DNA from: Octopus bimaculoides
Taxonomy: Eukaryota
Length of the DNA stretch: 64,000 nt
Direction: 5' to 3'
Assembly (NCBI RefSeq): GCF_001194135.2
Contig: NC_068984.1
Location: forward strand, 98,035,419-98,099,418
Shown here: positions 28,130 to 38,345 of the stretch, piece by piece
Layout: every line of letters begins with the position of its first letter
How positions within the stretch are numbered: position 1 is the first letter of the stretch
Translations under genes and position numbers: made by a program
The notes under the pieces: model-generated
Databases searched by the model: none
Seen by the model: only the letters and a program-made list of their open reading frames with translations
What the model was told of the DNA's origin: nothing

Positions 28130-28700
28130 CCACTGTATCAGGGTTCACTGTATAACGTTCCTGTTCCTCATCCTTAACAGTCCCATCACCATTTCCCTGT
28201 TTCTCCTGTCTATTCTTCTCTCTGCTTTCAACTCCTACTTCTCTGTTTTCAACTTCAACCATCCTTTATAGCCCATCTGCAGGGTCTCTCAGACTCTCAC
28301 TAATCCAAGATATTTTTACTCTAATTAAGTAACCCTTTCTCCTAATCACTCTCACTTGGTTCATTAGTTTATTTTCTGACATTGGGCACATGCCCATTTC
28401 CATCCAAAATTTCAAGGTACATCGGCCTACTCCGCGACTTCTTTCCAGCCTTGCTCTTTCATGACATTCAATAAAAGTATCGTACTCTTCCTTCGTCCAC
28501 TTATGTCTGTTTTTGCACACACCGTGTATGTGATCTGTTGTGACATAACGACTGTCTGAGGCCAGATTACTGCCCCTGATGCGGGTGGTTTCAGATGTGC
28601 TGGGCAGAAAAGCTTCACCATGATCGACTATAGCTCCATTCTCAACCTTTTCGTTGTTGTGTTGCATCATGATTTCGTTAGTCATTCATGGGGTTCCCAT
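28130..28700 (-). mobile_element. N-terminal ORF fragment of an R4/Dong-like LINE
   Basis: RHKWTKEEYDTFIECHERARLERSRGVGRCTLKFWMEMGMCPMSENKLMNQVRVIRRKGYL resembles the Myb-like N-terminus of R4/Dong ORFs. Confidence 0.7.
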
Positions 28701-28869
28701 GAGAGTTGTTATTGAGATCTCACCTCTGTCTTCCTCTCTTTATTTGTATATACATGTGCACATGTATGTACATACACACATATATATATATATAAAAATA
28801 ACGTGCTTGCATTGAGTCACTTCCATAACCACAGTCATTATTATTATCACCATTATCTAACCTATAGCA

Positions 28870-29250
28870 TTTAAAAATACCAATAATAATATGGGACCTG
28901 GTATATTGCAGCAGATCTTCGTAACTATTTATCAAATACTCGGCAAGTGTTCTCCTTTCATTCCTTATACAATGGTCTATGCTAATTAGTCCTCTGCCAC
29001 CATTCTTTCTTTTCATATACAGTCTCTTTACAGTTGCAGTTAACACTTAATACTATCTTTTGCGCTCCCTGCATGAGTGGTAATCCAGGGATCATTCTCA
29101 ACTAATTTTTAGTTCCTTTACTGGTCATTTCAAGGTAACTTTTCCACCAATCACCATCTCTTGTATGCTATTTTTGTTTTTGTATCTTAAGCACCTCGAG
29201 CTCATAGATAGAAATTAGCCTTTATTTGTTTTTGAAGTTTTATTTCCAAG
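28870..29250 (-). mobile_element. R4/Dong-like LINE thumb-region fragment
   Basis: KRLYMKRKNGGRGLISIDHCIRNERRTLAEYLINSYEDLLQY matches the same region of the copy at 51270-51410. Confidence 0.85.
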
Positions 29251-29712
29251 AATATGTTTTTTTTGTTCTCTATTTAAAATGAGACACATTACATTTTATA
29301 TTTATTGTTATTATTATGTGTCTCTTAATTTGTTTAAACACTGTGTGCTCTACATTGTCTTGTTCATGTACGAGATGTACAGGTGCATGTTTGAATTATA
29401 TAAACATTACATTTATGTATATTTGTGTAGAGATTAGATTGCATATATGACTAATATTTGTACTGACAGTGTTTTTCTGTAGCGACACCGCATTCTCGCA
29501 TATTGCTTCAATTCATGTATAGGTAAGTTGCATCACCGCATGTTGTTTATATGATTACACGTTTGTTTTTCTGCGACAACATGCCAAACAGCACCTATAT
29601 TTCATATATGAGACAAACATTTTGATATCGTGTTCTGATTTACATTAGGGACCAATTTTATTTCATATTTTTGCTGTTTCTTAAATCTTGTTTGCTGATG
29701 ATCACAGATTTA

Positions 29713-29810
29713 ATCCAACTTTGCAAGGAGCTTGCTTGTACACGCCCGTCATGTTTAGCGAATAACAAACATGACGGATGTGTATGAGTGAGCTCCTTGC
29801 TAAGTTGGAT
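29713..29810. repeat. 98-nt imperfect inverted repeat (44-nt arms, 10-nt loop)
   Basis: The arms match at 37/44 positions; checked base by base. Confidence 0.9.
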
Positions 29811-30160
29811 CAAATTATTATTATTATCATTTAGATAATGCTAATATAAAAAATTCAATAAGTGAAGTTGATATTTAGTTCGAACTTGTAAAGTTAGTGG
29901 CTAAAGCTAAGAATGGATATCTACAGATCAATGTTCACAGAGGAGAAAATACAAAACATAAGTGGGGAGAGCACCAAAGGCCTCAGTTAAATACTTAGAA
30001 GAGTGAACTCCACCAAGTGACATGTTAGTCCTACCACCCAAGGACCAGAGGTGTTGGCATTAAACCAGGTGGTGTATTAGGCTTACTACCCAATGAACAG
30101 CTTTGCAGATGAAATAGTGAAAGATTGAGTTGAGTCATAAAGTGTTGTATCTCCAACATA

Positions 30161-31431
30161 CAGGGGTTGGACAAAATAATGGAAACCCCTTAAAATTTCA
30201 AACAAATTAATTTTAATATGGGGTACGACCGCCTTTGGCAGTAATTACAGCTTGAATTCTATGAGGTACAGACTTGTACAAAGTTTGAATTGTTTCCAAA
30301 AGAATTTTTGTCCATTCTTCAGCTAAAACAGTCTCCAGATCTTGTAGTGATGATGGTGGAGGATATTGGCTCCTTACTTGTTTTTCTAAAATGCACCATA
30401 AATGTTCAATAATACTGAAATCTGGGGACTGTGATGGCCAGATAAGATATTTAATTCACTAGAATGTTCCTCGTGCCATTCAGTAACAACTTTAGCTGTG
30501 TCAATTGGTACATTATCATCCTGAAAGATTGTGTTTCTCTCTGGAAACACTTCCACAACTATAGGATGAATTTGATCAGATAAAATGCTTAAATAGTCTC
30601 GACTATTAATTCTGCCATGAAGGGAAACCACTGGGCGGTCGGATTTTCAAGATATAGCCCCTCCACCACCCCAGATCATCACAGATCCTCCTCCATGTTT
30701 AACAGTTGAAAGAAGGCAGTCTGGGTCAAATGCTTCTTTTGACTGTTTCCACACGTATACTTGGCCAGTGGTCGGAAATAAGGTAAAGGAAGACTGGTTG
30801 AAGAAAATAACATTTTCCCACTACTCTAGGGATCAATTCTGTAGGTTTTTACTCCACTCTAAACACTTCGCAACATTTGTTTTTGAAAGTAGTAGTTTTC
30901 TGATTGCAGCCCTCCCATGAAATCCGGCTTTGTGCAGCTCCCGGCAAACAGTTTTTGTGGAAACTGGGTTCTTGAGGTGGTCATTAAGCTCTGCAGTAAT
31001 TTTGTGAGCTGTACTTTTGTGATCCTTTCTAACAATTCATGTAAGAGTCTGACAGCTTCTATCTGAAAGTTTTGGTTTTCTTCTAGAGTTTTGTTTTGAT
31101 GAAGAGGCTTTTTCCCTCTTTCTCAAAAGCTGTCATTACTTTCAAGACAGTACTTCTGATACACCAAACATTTTGGCTGTTTTCATTACGCTAGCACCTG
31201 CTATACAAGCACCAACAATTTGACCGCTTTGAAAGTCTGACAGATCTATCATTTTAATGAACTTTAATTACCTTTTTCTGATATCTGAAAAGAAACAGCA
31301 ATTTTAGCAAAACACATTAAGCAACACTAATAATAAATCAAAAAACATTAAAAAAAAATAAGCTTTTGACGATTTTATAGATATTTCAAAATTATGATGC
31401 TAGGTGTTTCCATTATTTTGTCCAACCCCTG
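30161..31431 (-). mobile_element. Near full-length Tc1 (DD34E-type) transposon with a broken transposase
   Basis: TA flanks at 30159-30160 and 31432-31433; 26-bp identical TIRs CAGGGGTTGGACAAAATAATGGAAAC. Transposase 31252-30213: MIDLSDFQSGQIVGA.., TVKHGGGSVMIWG, IFQDDNVPIDTA, WPSQSPDFSIIEHLW, AKGGRTPY*, with stops and frameshifts. Confidence 0.96.
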
Positions 31432-32748
31432 TATAACAACATGGGAGGGAAAGAATGTAAAACATTTATGATGATGAAGGAATAAGTAAAATTAATCAGA
31501 AAAATTAATAATAAAGCTATTTTAGTTTATATAATTTTATTTTGATTCCATTTCAAATTTCAGTTCTAAATTACATCTTTATATTGTCTACCACTAGTAT
31601 GGGGTAATAAAATTCACTCAAATTTTTATCAATTTAAAATTTCAATAAAGCACTCGAACAGGTATGCATGCACAAACATATTTGAATTAAAATGCCTGTC
31701 TCAGGTTTCTGGGCAACACTGTTTAGGTACTTCCCTTAATAGTGAGTAAACATGGTGTAGAAATCTCAATCACTACCATTACAGTTTTGGACATGAAAAT
31801 ATATTTACACTAAAATGCAATTCTATTAAATGTGCAACTATCTGATGACATCAGTTTCTCCAAACTACAACACAGTCTTCTATAATTACATACAGGCAAT
31901 TATTACATGTTATTGACCAATTTCCTGAGCATCTGGTAAAATAATTTGTTGGAAATAAATAGCAAGCAACTGAGATTAAATATCCTTTAGATTGTGATTT
32001 ACTTCCCTGGGTGAAAACTATTCTGTTTTAATTCCACAGTAAGTTCACAAAGAAGAATTCTGGTAAAGGTTTAAACATTTGGAAACCATATAGCATTCAG
32101 AACTAACTTCACATATAACCCTGAATTCAATGTAAAAAGGAAAAAGCTAAACTGAAAAACAGGAAGCACTGAGTTATTGAAATTATACCATTTCTATGGG
32201 AAGGAAGAGAGTGTTTTTTATTTAAAAATAAAACAAATCTTTTGGCAATGGATGGACTGTGTGTGCACACACACATGCACGAGCGCTACTGTAATGAATT
32301 TTGAGAAGTCTGCATACTGGTCTATACTCTACTTAATATAGATTTTATTGACCACTTTGATTAATTGTTTGTGAACTCATGCATACAAACATAACACACA
32401 CATATATTCTTTTCATCCTCAGTCAGTAACCTTGTATGACCATGGCCATACAAAGATATTAGCTTCAAGGGTCAATCAGATCAACCCTTGTATCTATATC
32501 AGAATCTGGTTCTTACTTAATCAATTCTTATTTGCTGAACCAAAATATAAACCCAAGGCGTCAATTGTTAAGTAGTGTAAATGGAAACAAATTTTGCTTC
32601 GAGGTACTAAATCTCATATACTATGAATCTCCAGTTGCGGGCATGTGTGTGCATACACACACACACACACACACACACACATGCTGTCTGTTTTATGTTT
32701 AACTATAAACAAAAACACTCAAATATTAATCACTCAATACATTAAAGT

Positions 32749-33100
32749 AGGTGCAAAGATGGCTGTGTGGTAAAAACATTGCTTCCCAACCACATAGTTT
32801 TGGGTTCAATCCCACTGCATGGCACCAGGAGGGAGTGTCTTCTACTATAGCCACAGCCCAATCAAAGCCTTGCAAGTGGATTTGGTACGTAAAATCTGAA
32901 TCCCATTGTACATATGTGAGTGCATGTGTATGTGTGTGAAAGAGAGTGCATTAGTTTCCTTGTCTTCACATGCTAGTTGTAAATGAATGCTATCATCAAG
33001 CAAATAGTGTTCATTTCTAATCTTCCAAGAAAACACGTCTTGTCATGGAAGAATATTGTAAACAAAGTGAGGACTGGCAACAGCCATAGAAAATTTACTT
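32749..33100 (+). mobile_element. tRNA-headed SINE, family A
   Basis: Head GGCTGTGTGGTAA..GGGTTCAATCCCACTG (A/B-box-like), central (TG)n, RTE-like tail remnant. Confidence 0.8.
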
Positions 33101-33799
33101 GACTTTACTTGACAATCTGATGAAAGCAAATGAAATGAAACTCCAAGTCTATGTCAACATTTATATATCTCTATCCATACTGTTACTCTCTATTCCTCTT
33201 TCCATGTACTGCCACCTATCACACCCTCCTCCCTGACCTACTGTTATTTTTCTTTAGCTCACCCCTAAATTGAAATTCACTATGGACCATGCCTTCACTC
33301 ATGCTTGCCCATTCACTGCATTCACTTCTATCGTCTGTCATACTCCTTCCACACACTTGTGAAGCTACCCAGCCCTTATTGATTCTCTGTTCCAATCTAT
33401 TTTCATCTACCTCCTTTTACCCAATGGGTGCATCCAGACACCTCATCTCCAGTTTTTCACCTTTCCTGCAGAGGTATACATGTATCTCCTCTACAGCAAG
33501 GCACCTTTCCCTGTCTTTCTACCAAAATTTAGCCTCTCAACACCCAGCACAAAGCCACCTCCCTCAGTACCGTATACCCACTCTTGTCTTAGTAGCTACT
33601 CGATCTCATTAGTACTGGTACAAAAAGCATGCAGTACACTTTGTAAAGTAATTGGCATTAAGAAGGGAATCCAGCAGAGAAAACTATGCCAAAGAAGACA
33701 CTGGAGTTCAACTAAGTTCTCTAGTTTATTAGATCCTGTTGAACCAGCCAACCCTTGCCAGCATGGAAAATGGGTGCATGATGATGATGATGATATACA

Positions 33800-34650
33800 T
33801 CGAATGTACACACAGCAAAAATAACACCAGCACCACCATCCTCACAACCATCACTACCCCAACCAAAAACACCAACGCACTCACAAGCACACGTAGCCCC
33901 CAAAAGAAAGCTCACAGTCACCAATATAGAAACACCCAATTACATGTGAGGAGAGCCAACAAAAATTTGATGGCTCTCATAGCCACAACAAGGAGATAGG
34001 TGTAATTTATGACACCAGTACTCTCAGGGTTCTGGATTACTTAATGCTAATTCAGCCACCTTTCAAAGAGTACAAAGACATTCAGAGGGATTTCCCGCAC
34101 GATGTGGGAAGGCCAAATGTCTGTACCATGATGAGGCTTTTAGCCGGTTTCTCAGAGGAACCACAAGATCCAGAGCCTGGGTCACTGGACTGCCAACAGA
34201 GCCCCAGGAAGGTAAGTAACCCTTCTTTTTTCTTTTCCTCAACCCTTTCGAGCCGTCATGGCGACTGTCAGAGCTGGCTGCACAAATGTTCATGGCCTGA
34301 GGTCACCCTCAAAGCAAGGTCACTTGCTGAATGACCACAGGTTGCTTGGTTTGGATGTGATAAAAGCGAGTGAGACCAGGATTTCTGACACATGATCTTG
34401 CATCCATTTTTGACAATTATGAGATTTATGCATCTCTTAATTGGCCCGGAATAGGAGGCAGGGTGGCAGTACTGTTTAGGAAAGACCTAGATCTCGAAGT
34501 TTGGGTGATTCTCCTGGACCTGGGGGGTAAATTGGTGGCTGTGTACGTGAACGACAGTGAAGGTGGTGCCTTTAGACTAGTCACTGTTTATGCCCCCATG
34601 GAAGCGGGGCAGCCAGATTTCTTCAGATGTTTGGAGGCTTTCCTTGGGAC
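33800..34650 (+). mobile_element. Second L1/Tx1-clade fragment (ORF1 end and APE endonuclease start), interrupted by an RTE
   Basis: ORF2 start MATVRAGCTNVHGLRSPSKQGHLLND at 34258, then ..VAVLFRK..GKLVAV..AFRLVTVYAP..DFFRCLEAFLGT, cut at 34650. Confidence 0.8.
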
Positions 34651-36086
34651 ATCATCATCGTTTAACGCCTGCTTTCCATGCTGGCATGGGCTGGATGGTT
34701 TGACTGAAGACTGGTGAGCCAGAGGCTGCACCAGGCTCAATCTGATCTGGCAAAGTTTCTACAGCTGGATGCCCTTCCTTACGCCAGCCACTCCGAGAGT
34801 GTAGTAGGTGCGTTTACGTGCCACCAGCATGAGGGCCAGTCAGGCGGTTCTGGCAATGACCAGACTCAAAAGGTATTTTTACATGCTACCTGCACGGGAG
34901 CCAGTCTGGCAGCACTGGCAACGACCATGCTCGAATGATGTTTTTCACATTCCACTGGCACATATCCACGGTAAGGCCACGCTTGCAACGCTCATGCTCG
35001 AATGATGCTTTTGAGGTATTTTTACGTGCTACCTGCACGGGAGCCAGTCTGGTAGCACTGGCGACGACCACACTCAAATGTTGTTTTCCACATTCCACTG
35101 GCACATGTGCCAATAAGGCGATGCTGGCAACGATCACACTTGAATGGTGCTTTTCATGTGTCACCGGCACAGGAGCCAATCCATGGCCCTGGCAATGATC
35201 ATGCTAGGATGTGCTTTTAACATTCTACTGGCACGAGTGCCAATCAGGCAGTACTGTCATCAGCCATGTCAGCAATTTTGATTTCACTTACCTCAATAGG
35301 TCTTCATAAGCAAGGTTTATTGTCCAATGAATGAGGGGTATTCATTCATAAGTGGGCTGGCTACACCTACTGGCATAGGCCATGGGCTATGGTCTCACTT
35401 GGCTTGTTGGGTTTTCTCAAGCACAGCTTATCTCCAAAGGTCTCAGTCACTAGTCATTGCCTCAGTAAGACCCAATGTTTGACGGTCGTGCTTCACCACC
35501 ACATCACAGGTTTTCTTGGGTCTACCTCTTCCACAAGTTTCAACTGCTAGGGTGTGACACTTTTTCATACAGCTGTCCTCATTCATTCGCAACACATGAC
35601 CATACCAGCACACCACATCTGATGCTTCTTAAATCCAACTTTTCTCTGTCGTCTATGCACACTGACATTACACATCCAGAGGAGCATACTGGCTTCATTC
35701 CTTGCAAGCTTACGCATGTCCTCAGCAGTCACGGCCAATGTTTCACTGCCATGTAGCGTGGCATCAGAGGTAGGAGCTCTTTGAACTTTGCCCAGGCTAT
35801 TCTTATTCTAGCAGCCACACTTTCAGCACACCCACCCCCACTACTAACTTGGTCACCCAGATAGCGGAAGCTATCAACTACCTCTAGTATTTCTCCCTGG
35901 AATGTGACAGAAGTTGTTCTCTGCACATTTTCAGTGTTTACAGCACCTGAGCATTTGCCACATACAAAAGCTATCTTGCTAGTTAGCCTCCCTTTGATAT
36001 TGCTGCACCTCTTATGTGTCCATAGCTTACACTGGGTACATCTTATGGAGTTTCTACCTACGCCTTTTCTACAGATCGAGCAGAGT
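34650..36086 (-). mobile_element. RTE-clade LINE 3' part: RT C-terminus with internal PHD finger, long 3' UTR with tandem repeats, (GAT)n tail
   Basis: PHD C4HC3 at 36082-35951, then LEVVDSFRYLGD, RIRIAWAKFKELLPL, LHGSETL and ..GRGRPKKT... The 3' UTR ends GCGTTAAACGATGATGATG at 34650. The 5' side is lost in gap 36087-36426. Confidence 0.9.
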
Positions 36087-36426
36087 NNNNNNNNNNNNNN
36101 NNNNNNNNNNNNNNNNNNNNNNNNNNNNNNNNNNNNNNNNNNNNNNNNNNNNNNNNNNNNNNNNNNNNNNNNNNNNNNNNNNNNNNNNNNNNNNNNNNNN
36201 NNNNNNNNNNNNNNNNNNNNNNNNNNNNNNNNNNNNNNNNNNNNNNNNNNNNNNNNNNNNNNNNNNNNNNNNNNNNNNNNNNNNNNNNNNNNNNNNNNNN
36301 NNNNNNNNNNNNNNNNNNNNNNNNNNNNNNNNNNNNNNNNNNNNNNNNNNNNNNNNNNNNNNNNNNNNNNNNNNNNNNNNNNNNNNNNNNNNNNNNNNNN
36401 NNNNNNNNNNNNNNNNNNNNNNNNNN

Positions 36427-36463
<37 letters not shown>

Positions 36464-36715
36464 TTCATTTATAAGGATTCATTAAGAATTGAGGCATATC
36501 AACAAATAAGATGTCAGAATATAGCAAAATATAATTATATAAAGCTAACACTAACTGGAATATGTGGTTAAGTCCCTGGTTTACCATTTCAATTAAAGTA
36601 TGCCTGCCTGATGATGGTGCTACTGCATAATATGTAATCTTTTATGTCTACATTGAATATAGTTCTATAGAAGCTGTTGTTGCAAATTTAAATGCCATTT
36701 ACACACACACACACA

Positions 36716-36759
<44 letters not shown>

Positions 36760-37969
36760 GTTGTGAGTATATATGCAAGTGTGAATATGTGTATGTTTGT
36801 GGCTCCTTGTATATATAAATAGGTCACATTCTTTTCACACTCTAGCACACTTATGTACCCACACACAGTTTCTGTTCCTCAGTCTTCATTCTCTCCCTCA
36901 TCTTTACCATGGAGGTATGCTTACACCATCTCTCCCACCCTTTCCCTCAGTGGAAGCCATATATTCACCTTTTTAATATGACACCTGTTCTTATCCTTCT
37001 ATCATACTTCGAAATCTTTCAATACTATACCCCATTCAGTTGAAGGATCTTGTCTTGTTAAAACTTGGTGACCTCATAGTGCTGCACAGAAGAATGCACC
37101 CAGTCCACTCTGTAAAGTGGTTGGCATTAGAAAAGAAATTCAGCTGCAGAAACCATGCCGAATAAAGATTAGAGCTTGGTGCATCCCTCTGGTTTGTCAG
37201 TTACTGTCGAACTGCCTGACCCATACCAGTATGGGGAAAAAGGACATTAAATGATGATGCATACACACATACATATATCATGAACTTTTCTGTTGCAGAT
37301 GCAATTTCTTATATAACAACCTGCACAAATGATATGTCGATAGTGATCTAATGTTAGGGCAGTACATTAACTTACTCCCTCCATCAAATTGACTGAACAG
37401 ATGTTGAAGTGATTGCAGAGCAATGTGAGATAAAGTGTTTTGTTCAAGAACACAATGTACTGGCCAGTCCAGGAATCAAAACTACTAAGTTACATACTTT
37501 CACAGACTCATGTCTCTGAGAATGTGTGTGTGTGTATGTACTTTTTGGTAAAGCAAGCATGAAAGTAGAACAACACATGAGTATATATAAATTCTTTACA
37601 ATTGATCATCTTACTGGGTCTCTCTCTCTTCTACAGGCTCAATACACACACATGTGCATGTGTGTGTATGTGCGAATGCGCGCCTTTATCATTTGCATGC
37701 TGATCATAAACAATCACCATACATACAGTGTCAGATGTTTATATTCTTCTGTGAAAAATAATGCCTCGCTCTTGAGTTGGTCATTGAGGGATAAATAAAT
37801 ATACTTGCATGGAGACAAGTGAGAGTTAACAAGAAGAAGAATTTCATCAAGCCTTAGAATACTTGCCAAGAAATTTTGTCTGAAGTGTAAACATAGAAAG
37901 GTAGACAATGAAATGAGGATAGTGATGATTATATGTGTACCTGCGAGTGTAGTGTGTGTGAGTATATCA

Positions 37970-38345
37970 TCATCATTTAATGTCCCTTTCTCCATGCTTG
38001 CATGGGTCAGATGGAATTTTTTGAGGTAGATTTTCTGCAGCTGCATGCCATTCCTGTCACCAACCCCCACCTGTTTCTAAGCAAAGTAATATTTCCCCAT
38101 GGAAAAGAACACTCTTGCTTGTAAGATGATGATGCTCATTTACAACTATCACATGGTGTCTGAACAAAGGTTCACACGCACACACACACATACAACAGGC
38201 TTCTTTTAGTTTCTGGCTACCAAATCCACTCATGAGGACTTGGCTGACCAAGAGCTATAACAAAACAGAAGGTACTTGCCCAGGGTTCTAAGCAATGGGA
38301 CTGAGCCCAAGACCACATGTTGGGAAGCAATGTTTTTACATGTAG
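37970..38345 (-). mobile_element. SINE family A copy with an RTE-type 3' tail
   Basis: Reverse complement of the family A head at 38345-38270, central (CA)n, tail CCATGCAAGCATGGAGAAAGGGACATTAAATGATGATG. Confidence 0.8.

Noticed and set aside
32749-32830. tRNA-like A/B boxes (also 41938, 46190, 59864)
   Set aside because: SINE heads that continue into SINE bodies; no complete cloverleaf.
34810-35265. Repeat array considered as CRISPR-like
   Set aside because: The units are contiguous and diverged with no unique spacers, there are no cas genes, and the context is eukaryotic.
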